Positions 1-9,580 of a DNA stretch of 64,000 nt are shown piece by piece. Both the position numbers and the translations under genes were made by a program. Below the pieces are notes generated by a model. That model was not told the DNA's origin. It made no database searches and saw nothing but the letters and a program-made list of their open reading frames with translations. Numbering within the stretch: position 1 is the first letter of the stretch; each line of letters starts with the position of its first letter. This DNA is from an uncultured Candidatus Saccharibacteria bacterium. GTDB lineage: Bacteria; Patescibacteriota; Minisyncoccia; Phycocordibacterales; SBAW01. Location of the stretch: assembly GCA_964457915.1 (NCBI GenBank), contig CAYWFM010000001.1, positions 34,623 through 98,622 of the forward strand, written 5' to 3'.

Positions 1-100
1 ATGGGGCGCTAAACAATGTGGTGCCGAGGTCATCTGCAGCGCTGCCTCGAAACACCGCATATACGGCAAAAAGCCCGGCAAAGAGCACGAGGTCAGTCAT
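1..100 (-). CDS. cyoC: Cytochrome bo3 ubiquinol oxidase subunit III, N-terminal fragment; the gene continues beyond the window start
   Basis: The reverse complement of 1-100 translates from an ATG (98-100) to MTDLVLFAGLFAVYAVFRGS..., a hydrophobic CyoC-like N-terminus. It lies directly downstream of cyoB in the same orientation. It runs off the window so is absent from the ORF track. Confidence 0.5.
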   Translation of the reverse strand, partial: MTDLVLFAGLFAVYAVFRGSAADDLGTTLFSAP

Positions 101-138
101 GAGGTATACCCAAAACCCAAACTGGCGAGCGTGGTACA

Positions 139-2076
139 TCATGGTGTTACCAGTATGTCATGCTGCGACTCATCACTAAACGTGCGCACTATGATGGTGA
201 TAATAAATACGACCAGACTAAGCACTACCAACCACCACAGGTGCCACACCATAGCAAACCCAAATGCCGTCGCTAGTGCACCAATGCCAATCCCAACAGA
301 TGTCGGCTTGGGCAGAAGTATCTCTTCATTCTTTTCTACAGGAGTGGTACCTTTTTCTTTTTGCATCCAAAACGCGTCGCGTCCATAGACGGTGGGTAGT
401 GTTTTAAAGTTATATGCCGGTGGTGGTGTTGGTAGTGACCACTCGAGTGTGCGGCCACCCCATGGGTCATCATCTACTCGTAACTTCTTTCTATTTTTAA
501 TACTCACCAAAAGCTGCACGACCTGTGCCACAAAGCCCATAACAATAAGCACCGCTCCTATCGCCGCAATAATAAAGAGTGGTTGCCACCCGAGATTACT
601 TGCGTAGTGGTCGAGTCGTCTGGTTGCACCCATAAAGCCCAAAAGGTAGAGCGGGCCGAACGCGAGAAGAAATCCAACGAGCCAGAGCCAAAACGCTCGT
701 CTCCCCCACCGCTCATCGAGCATAAATCCAAACCATTTCGGGAACCAGTACGTAATGCCTGCGAAATAGCCAAACAACACCCCGCTCACTATCATGGTAT
801 GAAAGTGTGCAACCAAAAAGAGACTATTGTGCAGTTGATAATCGGCTGGCGGTTCGGAGAGCATCACACCCGCCACTCCTCCCATGGTGAAGCAGGCAAC
901 AAAACCCATAAACCACAGCATCGGCGCAGGAAATCGGATAGAACCGCGATACATGGTAAAAAGCCAGTTAAAAATCTTAACACCGGTTGGGATAGCGATG
1001 ATCATCGTCATGATGCCAAAAAAAGCATTCACGTTAGCTCCGGCACCCATGGTGAAGAAGTGGTGGAGCCATACAATGAAAGAGAAAAAGGTGATGGCGG
1101 CAATGGAGTAGACCATCGAGGTGTAGCCGGCGAGTTTTTTACCGGAGAAAACAGGCACGATTTCAGAAAAGATACCAAACGCCGGCAGAATAAGAATGTA
1201 TACCTCGGGGTGTCCCCAGGCCCAAATGAGATTCACATACAGCATCATGTTGCCACCCCCATCAATCGTGAAGAAGTGAAATCCGAGCGTGCGGTCCAGC
1301 GACAAAAGCGCGAGGGTAAGGGTGAGAATAGGAAAAGCAAAAATGACGAGCGTCATAGAGCCGAGTACGGTCCATGAAAACATCGGCATCCGCATGAGCG
1401 TCATGCCATGGCAGCGCATCTTAAGAATAGTCACAAAAAAGTTTATACCCGAAAGAAGACTCCCCACCCCACCGACCTGGAGCGCCCACAGCCAATAGTC
1501 AACTCCGGTGCCGGGCGAATATTGCAGCTCAGAGAGCGGTGGGTATGACAGCCACCCTGCGGCAGAAAAATCACCCAGAACGAGCGACACATTAACAAGA
1601 AGCGCTCCTGCGGCAAAGAGCCAGAGACTGATGTTATTAAGGAGCGGAAAAGCTACATCGCGCGCACCAATTTGTAATGGCACCACCAGATTGATGATGC
1701 CAAACATAATCCCCATCGCCACAAAAAAGATCATGATAGAGCCGTGTGCGGTAAAAAGCTCTTGAAAATGGCTTGCACTCACTATCCCCGAAGAGTCGCC
1801 AACCGAGAGCGCTTGCTGTAGGCGCATGAGGAGCATGTCAGCGCCGCCACGAATAAACATAATGAGCGCTATGACGATGTACATCACCCCGATACGCTTG
1901 TGGTCAAGGGAGGTGAGCCACTCACCCCAAAGTCTCTTTGACCACCCAAGCCGAAATACCACATACGCACCCATAACGACAAAGACTATTTCAAATAGCG
2001 CACCACCCATCGCAATGAGATTGTGTGGGAGTACATCAAACGAAAGTCTGCCGAAAAGAAAGGTGTGCCAATGCAT
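139..2076 (-). CDS. cyoB: Cytochrome bo3 ubiquinol oxidase subunit I (heme-copper oxidase subunit I)
   Basis: 645-aa polytopic membrane protein with recognisable heme-copper oxidase subunit I sequence (many His and Trp-rich TM helices, WAHHMF-like motif). Operon with cyoA upstream. Confidence 0.9.
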   Translation of the reverse strand: MHWHTFLFGRLSFDVLPHNLIAMGGALFEIVFVVMGAYVVFRLGWSKRLWGEWLTSLDHKRIGVMYIVIALIMFIRGGADMLLMRLQQALSVGDSSGIVSASHFQELFTAHGSIMIFFVAMGIMFGIINLVVPLQIGARDVAFPLLNNISLWLFAAGALLVNVSLVLGDFSAAGWLSYPPLSELQYSPGTGVDYWLWALQVGGVGSLLSGINFFVTILKMRCHGMTLMRMPMFSWTVLGSMTLVIFAFPILTLTLALLSLDRTLGFHFFTIDGGGNMMLYVNLIWAWGHPEVYILILPAFGIFSEIVPVFSGKKLAGYTSMVYSIAAITFFSFIVWLHHFFTMGAGANVNAFFGIMTMIIAIPTGVKIFNWLFTMYRGSIRFPAPMLWFMGFVACFTMGGVAGVMLSEPPADYQLHNSLFLVAHFHTMIVSGVLFGYFAGITYWFPKWFGFMLDERWGRRAFWLWLVGFLLAFGPLYLLGFMGATRRLDHYASNLGWQPLFIIAAIGAVLIVMGFVAQVVQLLVSIKNRKKLRVDDDPWGGRTLEWSLPTPPPAYNFKTLPTVYGRDAFWMQKEKGTTPVEKNEEILLPKPTSVGIGIGALATAFGFAMVWHLWWLVVLSLVVFIITIIVRTFSDESQHDILVTP

Positions 2077-2080
2077 ATAC

Positions 2081-2920
2081 TTACTGAGACATCATCATAC
2101 TCTTGTTTGCAATAGTAGTATAAAGGTCATCTGCAACCGGTGCCCAGTAGCGTACTGCTTCATTGCTACTGGGGGCAGCGAGTAGTGCGTATGCCGCGTG
2201 CGTGAGTGGCACTGACGAGGGCGTTATACGAGCAATACTCATCCAGGATTCAAACTCTTGTGGTGAAAGTGAACGCACCACAAAGTGCATACCAGCGAAA
2301 CCTTCGCCACTCATGTTTGCAGACGTGCCATAAAAGATACCTGGCTTATCTGCTTGCAGATTGAGCTGGGTGGACATGCCAGGCATAACCATAATTTGTC
2401 CGCCCAGTTGTGGTACCCAAAACGAATTCATAGGGGCGTCTGCGGTAAGCGAAAGGTGTACAGGGACTCCTTGGGGAATAACCAGTTCGTTCACGCTCGC
2501 AATACCAAGCTCTGGATAGATAAAAAGCCACTTCCAGTTGAGCGCCACCACCTCTACCTCGAAGGCTTTGCCGGGTAGTTTTTCATATGGATCTAGTGCG
2601 TGCGAACTCTTCCATGCCACAACCGAAAGACACCCAACGATCAGCGCTGGAACAATCCACCACACCACCTCTGCGACCACGCTGTCATGATCCCAGTTGG
2701 GTGCGTGCTTGCCCTTGGCAGCTGGCCCACCTGCACGATAGCGCCATGCAAAAAGAAATAGCATTACAAACACCGGCACCACCACAATCGCGCACAACAG
2801 GAGTGTTGTATATATGACTGAACGCTCGCCGAGCGCTATGGGCCCTGCTGGGTCAAGTACGGCCATACCTGAAAAAAGGGTGAGCATTAGCACTACTATA
2901 ACCGACAAAAAACACCCCAC
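2081..2920 (-). CDS. cyoA: Cytochrome bo3 ubiquinol oxidase subunit II
   Basis: 279 aa, N-terminal signal/TM helices followed by a cupredoxin-like periplasmic domain typical of quinol oxidase subunit II. 4-bp gap to cyoB. Confidence 0.85.
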   Translation of the reverse strand: MGCFLSVIVVLMLTLFSGMAVLDPAGPIALGERSVIYTTLLLCAIVVVPVFVMLFLFAWRYRAGGPAAKGKHAPNWDHDSVVAEVVWWIVPALIVGCLSVVAWKSSHALDPYEKLPGKAFEVEVVALNWKWLFIYPELGIASVNELVIPQGVPVHLSLTADAPMNSFWVPQLGGQIMVMPGMSTQLNLQADKPGIFYGTSANMSGEGFAGMHFVVRSLSPQEFESWMSIARITPSSVPLTHAAYALLAAPSSNEAVRYWAPVADDLYTTIANKSMMMSQ

Positions 2921-2943
2921 TTTTGGTAGGGTGTTTTTTGTAC

Positions 2944-3028
2944 TGGTGCCCAGGAGAGGACTCGAACCTCCAAGCCTTGCGGCATATGCACCTCAAGCAT
3001 ACGCGTATACCAATTCCGCCACCTGGGC
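2944..3028 (-). tRNA. tRNA-Leu (anticodon GAG)
   Basis: Hand-folded cloverleaf on the minus strand: acceptor GCCCAGG/CCTGGGC, anticodon stem TATGC/GCATA, loop TTGAGGT, long variable arm, T-loop GGTTCGAGTCC, CCA encoded. Confidence 0.8.
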
Positions 3029-3100
3029 ATATAAAAATATGTCGAACAAGGTGCAGTATACCCTAAAACAAAAAAGGCGCTACGGCCTTCCTGTGTCCTA

Positions 3101-3655
3101 CTACTTGGCAGTCACCTCCGGGTTCTCGTTGGTGAGACCCTCTTGTGCAGGAGTCTCTGCGGTGACGGTCTCAACCGTTTCAGCTACGGGGACCACGTCT
3201 TCAACGGATGGTGCAGCCTCTACCTCGGGCTCAAGGGCAAAATCTGCAGTCGAGAGCGATACCTGCAAAGATTTACGCATAGCGCGCTTTTGGTCGCGTG
3301 AGGCCTTCTCGCGAATAAAGTAGAGTTTCGAGCGGCGCACCTTCGCGCGGCGCAATACTTCGATAGAGTCGATCATTGGCGAGTACAACGGGAAGATCTT
3401 CTCTACCCCTACCCCACTAGCAACGCGGCGTACCGTGAAGGTAGCGCCTGGCTCGGTGCCGTGCTTAACCGCAAGGACCAAACCCTCAAACGCTTGCTTG
3501 CGGGTGTTTTTAGTGACGACCTCTTTCTTGTTGGCAGCCTTACCCTGTTTAATTTCAACAATATTTTGCCAAACACGCACAGTGTCGCCGGTGCGTACAC
3601 CGATTTCGGCACGTGCCTTCATGTTGACTGGGCTTGTTTTGACTGCAGATTTCAT
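3101..3655 (-). CDS. rplS: 50S ribosomal protein L19 with ~55-aa acidic C-terminal extension
   Basis: The N-terminal ~120 aa match L19 (RTGDTVRV..., FEGLVLAV, FTVRRV, KLYFIRE). The remainder is a Glu/Val/Thr-rich tail. Confidence 0.9.
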   Translation of the reverse strand: MKSAVKTSPVNMKARAEIGVRTGDTVRVWQNIVEIKQGKAANKKEVVTKNTRKQAFEGLVLAVKHGTEPGATFTVRRVASGVGVEKIFPLYSPMIDSIEVLRRAKVRRSKLYFIREKASRDQKRAMRKSLQVSLSTADFALEPEVEAAPSVEDVVPVAETVETVTAETPAQEGLTNENPEVTAK

Positions 3656-3761
3656 ATCCTAGCGAGTGAGTGAATCAAGGCTTGCTTTTATTCCGAGCGA
3701 GCGACGGATATATGAGGGCCGTAAGGCCGCTCTTATGCCAGCACAATCTAACACAAACAAG

Positions 3762-4430
3762 CTAGGGACGCAATTTTTTCTCTGCCTCCACAAAATCGGG
3801 GGGTAGTGGGGCGGTAAAGGTGTGCTCGGTGCCATCAGGAAGGGTTACGGTTATTGAAAGAGCGTGGAGGGCTAGTCGTTGAAAACCCAGCAGTACGGGG
3901 CGACTGGGCGCATAGAGCTGATCGCAGATAATCGGGCGCTGGAGCGAGGAGAGGTGCACGCGAATCTGATGTGTGCGACCTGTTTTTGGCATCACCTCTA
4001 CATAGGTGGCCTCTGCCCCTCGTTCGATTACACGAAACGTCGTTACCGCTTCACGTACGGTGCCATGCGGTCTGAGTGCTGAGCGCGGCCCTCTCCCCCC
4101 ACGACTACCACCAATGGGTTTGTCGATAATGCCGCGGTCGTCTTTAATCACCCCGTACACAAACGCGCGATACACTTTACGTACTTCACGCTCTTGAAAC
4201 TGCTCTTTAAAAAAGAGTTGTGCTGCTTCTGTTTTAGCAATAATAAGCACGCCAGAGGTTTCTCTATCGATGCGGTGTACTAAAAAATACTTCCCCTCCC
4301 CATACCGGTTGGCGAGCCAATGGGTGAGCGGCGGGTAGTCGTGTACTCCATCGGGGTACACGATCATGCCTGACGGCTTATTGACCACCACCATGTCGTC
4401 ATTTTCAAATAGGATGGTGGGTTCCAACAT
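3762..4430 (-). CDS. RluA-family 23S rRNA/tRNA pseudouridine synthase
   Basis: HRIDRETSGVLIIAKT catalytic motif of the RluA/RsuA superfamily. The start is placed at the internal Met (MLEPTILFEND) because the longer ORF would run through tRNA-Val. Confidence 0.75.
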   Translation of the reverse strand: MLEPTILFENDDMVVVNKPSGMIVYPDGVHDYPPLTHWLANRYGEGKYFLVHRIDRETSGVLIIAKTEAAQLFFKEQFQEREVRKVYRAFVYGVIKDDRGIIDKPIGGSRGGRGPRSALRPHGTVREAVTTFRVIERGAEATYVEVMPKTGRTHQIRVHLSSLQRPIICDQLYAPSRPVLLGFQRLALHALSITVTLPDGTEHTFTAPLPPDFVEAEKKLRP

Positions 4431-4432
4431 AC

Positions 4433-4509
4433 TGGTGCGCGGTGAGGGGCTCGAACCCCCGACCTTCTCAGTGTAAATGAGTTGCTCTACCAACTGAGCT
4501 AACCGCGCG
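4433..4509 (-). tRNA. tRNA-Val (anticodon TAC)
   Basis: Minus-strand cloverleaf: acceptor CGCGCGG/CCGCGCA, D-loop AGTTGGTAG, anticodon loop TTTACAC, T-loop GGTTCGAGCCC, CCA encoded. Confidence 0.8.
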
Positions 4510-4606
4510 CTTTCCCTTCATGGCGTTAGCGACGGAGGGTGCCCACACTGTACCTTTATTTTCCTATTTTCTCAATATAGCTACCAAAGATGCTATTATT
4601 TTAACA

Positions 4607-5281
4607 ATGGACGAACAGATGCTCCAATACATACGTACACGCAGAAGTGTGCGCGTTCCAGACGACATGATTCGCCAAGAACTTATCGGTGTTGGCTGGA
4701 GCGCACCTATGGTTGATGAGGCGTTCGCATCTCTCACACCCGAGCCGCCCAAGCCCGCACCGCCACCCACCACTCCCGCGCAAACACCACCTCCAGCAAA
4801 CCCAGCCCCCTCTGAACCACCTGCTGCTATTCCTCTCTCACCGGCACCCACTACCCCACCCATTCAACCAGCACCAACCACAGAACAACCAACATCCGCC
4901 GCACAACCCGCACCGGGCGCAAAGCGCATCTTACTCGTTGAAGACGAGAAGGCACTCGCAACTGTTTTGAGTTTAAAGTTGAAAAATGCCGGCTACGACG
5001 TCACGGTGGTTTACAATGGAGATGACGCGCTGCGCATGCTCGGGAGTAGTTTTTTCGACCTCATGTTGGTTGATATTATGATGCCTAAGCGTGATGGGTT
5101 TAGCGTGCTAGAAGAATTAAAAAAGCAGAACAACCAAATCCCTGTTTTTGCCATGTCGAATCTCGGACAAGAAGAAGACATCGCGCGCGTCAAAAGTATG
5201 GGAGTAAAAGAGTACATCGTGAAAGCAGACGCCTCCCCCACTGACATACTCGCTCGAGTAAATTCATTTTTGAAACAATAA
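4607..5281 (+). CDS. Atypical response regulator: small N-terminal domain, Pro/Thr/Ala-rich linker, C-terminal CheY-like receiver
   Basis: C-terminal 120 aa = receiver domain (RILLVEDE...DLMLVDIMMPKRDGF...K). Residues ~50-105 are PEPPKPAPPPTTPAQTPPP... low complexity. The start is chosen at MDEQML (ATG 4607), preceded by a plausible -10 (TATTAT). Stop is 5 bp before pilB. Confidence 0.7.
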   Translation: MDEQMLQYIRTRRSVRVPDDMIRQELIGVGWSAPMVDEAFASLTPEPPKPAPPPTTPAQTPPPANPAPSEPPAAIPLSPAPTTPPIQPAPTTEQPTSAAQPAPGAKRILLVEDEKALATVLSLKLKNAGYDVTVVYNGDDALRMLGSSFFDLMLVDIMMPKRDGFSVLEELKKQNNQIPVFAMSNLGQEEDIARVKSMGVKEYIVKADASPTDILARVNSFLKQ

Positions 5282-5285
5282 CTCT

Positions 5286-6989
5286 ATGGCTGACCAACAA
5301 GAACAAAAGACAGAGCTAAAAAAGCCAACAACTAAGCTTGAAGATGCGTTTATTAAAGACGCACTTCTGAAGGGCCAGTATGTGAGCGAGACAGACATGG
5401 ACCATGCACAAGAGTATGCCAAGTCGCACCACTCTCCTATCACCGACTATCTTTTTAATGCAGAACTGCTCAACAAAGGCTTGCTCGGTCACGCTATCGC
5501 TGAGGCGCTTGGCGTAAAGTATGTCGACCTATCTCAAAATCCACCACCAAAAGCAACTATTACTAAATTACCAAAAGCTGTTGCTGAGCAGAGTCGGGTC
5601 ATCCTTATAGATGACACAAACGATATCGTCATAGCCACTGACACCACTGACCCAAAAGCTGCAAGCGACGCAGTCGCCTCTCTATTCCCCGGTAAAAAAA
5701 TCTCTGTCGTGTGGACCTTTGGTGCTGATATGGAGCGGGCTTTTCCTCTCTACAAAGAGGCGCTCGCTGTTCGGTTTACCGAAATTATTAAACGTGAACA
5801 AAAGGTTGCTCCTGAAATTGTCGAACAAATTGTAGAAGACGCCATCTTGCTGCGAGCGTCCGACATCCACCTTGAGCCCCAAGAGACTGAGGTGCTGGTG
5901 CGCTTTCGTATTGACGGCGTCCTTGAAGAAGCGGGGTCACTACCCAAACTGCAATACGAAAATATTCTCAACCGCATCAAGATTGAAGCGCGCCTCCGTA
6001 TCGACGAACACATGCGCAGCCAAGATGGTGCGATTCGCTATCACAAGGGCACCAATGCGGCTGACCTGCGTGTTTCTATTGTCCCCACCGTATCGGGTGA
6101 AAAGGTGGTGATGCGTCTTTTGGGTGAATACCTGCGCACACTCACCCTTGCTGACATTGGTCTCTCCCAAAAACACCAAGCACTTCTTACTGAAATAGCA
6201 AACCGCCCTTACGGCATGATCCTCACCGCGGGGCCAACCGGTTCAGGTAAGACAACAACCCTTTACTCAATTTTGCGTCTACTGAATGATTCGACAGTAA
6301 ACGTTACTACCATCGAAGACCCGGTCGAGTATCGTATCGGCCGTATCAATCAGGTGCAGGTAAATAACGCCACTGGGCTCACCTTTGCGAGCGGCTTGCG
6401 CACTGTTGTGCGTCAAGACCCCGACGTAATACTCGTGGGAGAAATTCGTGATTTTGAGACTGCTGAGATCTCCGTCAACGCAGCTCTCACCGGCCACCTG
6501 CTGCTTTCAACCTTTCACGCCAATGACGCCTCTACCGTGGTGCCTCGCCTCTTAGATATGAAGGTAGAACCATTCCTTCTTGCCTCTACTCTTTCCGTTA
6601 TTATCGCGCAGCGCCTTATTCGTCGCATCTGCGCACACTGCAAAGTATCCGAAACAGTCACCGTCTCCTCTCTTATTGATGAGATGCCCAAACTAAAACC
6701 ATTTCTCAGTGGTACCGAGCTCATTGTGTACAAGGGCAAGGGCTGTGATAAGTGTAACCACACAGGATTTAAAGGACAGTCGGGTATTTTTGAATTTATT
6801 GAAATAACTTCCCGCGTTGAAGATGTTATTCTCAAAGATCCTTCTGCTGAAGCTATAGAGCGTGTGGCACGAGGAGAAGGGACAAAGAGTTTTTTTGAAG
6901 ACGGACTCGACAAAGTGCTCGCCGGCATCACCACCTTTGAAGAACTTCTACGCGTAGCACTCCCACCAAAAATTCTTGAGCAACCATAA
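5286..6989 (+). CDS. pilB: Type IV pilus assembly ATPase PilB (GspE family)
   Basis: 567 aa, Walker A GPTGSGKTTTLY, Asp/His boxes, C-terminal tetracysteine CxxC...CxxC zinc motif, GspE-type N-terminal domain. Confidence 0.9.
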   Translation: MADQQEQKTELKKPTTKLEDAFIKDALLKGQYVSETDMDHAQEYAKSHHSPITDYLFNAELLNKGLLGHAIAEALGVKYVDLSQNPPPKATITKLPKAVAEQSRVILIDDTNDIVIATDTTDPKAASDAVASLFPGKKISVVWTFGADMERAFPLYKEALAVRFTEIIKREQKVAPEIVEQIVEDAILLRASDIHLEPQETEVLVRFRIDGVLEEAGSLPKLQYENILNRIKIEARLRIDEHMRSQDGAIRYHKGTNAADLRVSIVPTVSGEKVVMRLLGEYLRTLTLADIGLSQKHQALLTEIANRPYGMILTAGPTGSGKTTTLYSILRLLNDSTVNVTTIEDPVEYRIGRINQVQVNNATGLTFASGLRTVVRQDPDVILVGEIRDFETAEISVNAALTGHLLLSTFHANDASTVVPRLLDMKVEPFLLASTLSVIIAQRLIRRICAHCKVSETVTVSSLIDEMPKLKPFLSGTELIVYKGKGCDKCNHTGFKGQSGIFEFIEITSRVEDVILKDPSAEAIERVARGEGTKSFFEDGLDKVLAGITTFEELLRVALPPKILEQP

Positions 6990-6991
6990 TC

Positions 6992-8032
6992 ATGGCAAAA
7001 GAGAACGAATTTTTTCTTGAAAATCTCAGCATCTTGATGCGCTCCTCGCTACCCATACGCGAGGCGGTTTCTACGTTGAAAGAAGAAATTCATGGCAAGA
7101 AAATGCGTCACGCTGTCGCCATCATCGAACAAGAGATAGATGCGGGTGGCAAAATTTCTACTGCCTTACAAAAAAGCAAACTCCTCTCGGAACGTTATGT
7201 TGCCCTCTTGCGACTCGGTGAGGAAACGGGCGAGCTCCAAAAACAAATGGCGCTCGTGGTGGATGAACAAAAAAAAGAGCAGGCGCTTCATTCTAAAATT
7301 CGTGGCGCACTCATCTACCCGGCCATCGTTATTTTTATCACGATATGTGTGGGTATTTTTACCATGTGGTATATCTTCCCCCGCCTGACCGCCGTGTTTG
7401 CTCAAAATGGTGGTCAGCTGCCAATCACCACACGCATGATCATCGCGATGGGTAACTTCCTCACCGAGTGGGGCGTCATTGTTGTGCCGGGTGGATTTGC
7501 TCTCGCTGCCATTCTTATCTATTTTGGTTTTATCTATTCAAAAACGCGTAGCGTTGGTGAGCGCCTACTCTTACATACACCGGTGATGCGAGCTCTTATC
7601 CAAGACCTCGAGCTGGCCCGCTTTGGCTATGTGATGGGCTCACTGCTTCACGCGGGCATTTCAGTACCTCAGGCACTTATCTCGATGCAGGACTCGACCA
7701 CGTTTGTGCTCTATAAACGATTTTATGCTGAAATGTACACCAAGGTGACGGAGGGGGCCTCGCTCTACAAAGCAATCACCCTGTATCCTCAGTACCAACA
7801 ATTTATACCCTCCTATTTAGCACGGCTCATTTCTGCGGGAGAAATGTCTGGCTCATTATCTGAAACATTGAGTGACATTGGTGAAATGTTTGAAGTTAAA
7901 ACACAAAACATCACTCAAAATCTAAGTGTGATGCTCGAGCCCATCATTATTGTGGTTGTTGGTCTCGCGGTTGCTTTTTTGGCCGTCGCCATCATCTCAC
8001 CTATTTATGGGCTCACGACCCAAATTAATTAA
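6992..8032 (+). CDS. pilC: Type IV pilus platform protein PilC (GspF family)
   Basis: 346 aa with duplicated GspF-like cytoplasmic domains separated by TM helices. Starts 3 bp after the pilB stop. Confidence 0.85.
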   Translation: MAKENEFFLENLSILMRSSLPIREAVSTLKEEIHGKKMRHAVAIIEQEIDAGGKISTALQKSKLLSERYVALLRLGEETGELQKQMALVVDEQKKEQALHSKIRGALIYPAIVIFITICVGIFTMWYIFPRLTAVFAQNGGQLPITTRMIIAMGNFLTEWGVIVVPGGFALAAILIYFGFIYSKTRSVGERLLLHTPVMRALIQDLELARFGYVMGSLLHAGISVPQALISMQDSTTFVLYKRFYAEMYTKVTEGASLYKAITLYPQYQQFIPSYLARLISAGEMSGSLSETLSDIGEMFEVKTQNITQNLSVMLEPIIIVVVGLAVAFLAVAIISPIYGLTTQIN

Positions 8033-8194
8033 GGCCGCCGACGCCACCAAAGTACCAACACGCAAACAAGTACCCACACTCCTGCAGCACTTACCCACAG
8101 GAGAGGGTGCGATGTTGTGGCCGGCTCTACTCGCCCCTCTAGGGAACCTGCAAAATTTGGATGTGCCTCGCTCGGAAGTGGTTGAAGTTCCATA

Positions 8195-9580
8195 CTAGTT
8201 ACTGCTCCAGCTTATTTGCTGGTACCCACTCGTTGAGAGGGGAAAGCTTGGCGGAGGACTGTACAAAAGATTTTTATCATACGTGTCGATGGTCGTCGCA
8301 TATCCAGAGGTCAGGGTGTTTTGACTATTAACCCATGACCAAGTCCACTGACCGTATGACATGATGGACCCAAAAATAGTGATGCTTGTCTTGGTATTGC
8401 CTGGGTAGTAAAAGAACTGAGTTGAACCATTTTGAGCGATGAGTGCCGCGTCAATTTCAAGCGCTGAGGGTGCGTTATAGGTGATAACAATATTATTTTG
8501 AGCCAACAAGCCGAGCACCGAGGTGCCATCTTTTGCTGCATACACAATATTTTTAGGGATATATATTGTTGGCGCAGCACTTGCCACATAGGGTAACTTT
8601 GCCGCTGCAACCATTACTCGCCCCTTTACCGTACCTTCAACCCATACGTTGTCTTCTATATATATGATTCCATTTGCTGGAATAGCTGGTGTAGATAGTA
8701 ATTGACGATTCTTGTAGTCTGTATACTCATTATGAGCGACACCATACACATCCCAACCGGTTGGATGTGAGGTGAGGTTTGTTACCTTATAGATACTAAC
8801 CGTACCGTTGCTATTAAACACGAGTGAATATCCCTGCGCGCTTGAGGGAGACAGGTAGATACCACCGCCCTGTGCTGTTGCTTTGAGCGAGGAGAGGTTG
8901 GCGGTCAGCGCTGAAAAATCTACCGCGGGCACAGGAAACTGCCAAAAGCTCTGTACTGCTGGTGATGCCCCTCCCCATACGCCGTTTTGCCACGACTCAC
9001 AGGGAGACCCTTGTGATCCTGGACACTTGTAGGTCGACTTTGCAGACATAATGGGTGCATTCCCCACCCCATCGAATCGAATACCATTGTTCGACTGAAG
9101 CTTTCCACTAACTGTTTCGCCAGCACCAATCCAGACAATGTCGTTACTTAAAAATGAAAATTGTGCGAGCGAGGGTATACCATATTGAGCCGTAATGGTG
9201 CGTTTGTTGTTTGGATTTGCACTGGTCCAACCTGTCGACTGTATGGTGACAATGGTCGACCCTACCACCGGTGGCGTGATCGTAAGACTGTACTGCCCTA
9301 CCACCTTTCCTGTGGTGAGATCAGTATACGAGTGCACATATGGTCCTGCGGTGGTGGTACCATCTCGATAATCAACCGGGAAGTGTGCCAGATGCCACTG
9401 GTAGTAGTTAATTCCCGCTTCTGCAATCTGAAAGGCTTGTTCATGATTAATACGCCCCGGCCCCATCTGTACCTCTTTGCGTACCACATCGATAAGCGGC
9501 ACGATCATGAGCGAACAGATAAACAACAGCATGAGCATGCCCACAAGCGCATCTCCCCGTATGTAGCGCGTCTGTTTCAT
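8195..9580 (-). CDS. Large pilus-associated protein with N-terminal membrane anchor, non-canonical prepilin-like N-terminus
   Basis: 461 aa. The N-terminus MKQTRYIRG|DALVGMLMLLF resembles a class-III leader but lacks Glu+5. The rest is Ser/Thr/Gly/Asn-rich beta-type sequence. Last gene of the pilin operon (1-nt overlap with the upstream gene). Confidence 0.5.
   Translation of the reverse strand: MKQTRYIRGDALVGMLMLLFICSLMIVPLIDVVRKEVQMGPGRINHEQAFQIAEAGINYYQWHLAHFPVDYRDGTTTAGPYVHSYTDLTTGKVVGQYSLTITPPVVGSTIVTIQSTGWTSANPNNKRTITAQYGIPSLAQFSFLSNDIVWIGAGETVSGKLQSNNGIRFDGVGNAPIMSAKSTYKCPGSQGSPCESWQNGVWGGASPAVQSFWQFPVPAVDFSALTANLSSLKATAQGGGIYLSPSSAQGYSLVFNSNGTVSIYKVTNLTSHPTGWDVYGVAHNEYTDYKNRQLLSTPAIPANGIIYIEDNVWVEGTVKGRVMVAAAKLPYVASAAPTIYIPKNIVYAAKDGTSVLGLLAQNNIVITYNAPSALEIDAALIAQNGSTQFFYYPGNTKTSITIFGSIMSYGQWTWSWVNSQNTLTSGYATTIDTYDKNLLYSPPPSFPLSTSGYQQISWSSN

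Noticed and set aside
583-1377. 264-aa plus-strand ORF (and several 60-120-aa ORFs) inside cyoB/cyoA on the opposite strand
   Set aside because: They lie entirely antisense to a well-supported heme-copper oxidase gene. The composition is Lys/Arg/His-rich low complexity, typical of antisense translation of a membrane-protein gene. No motifs.
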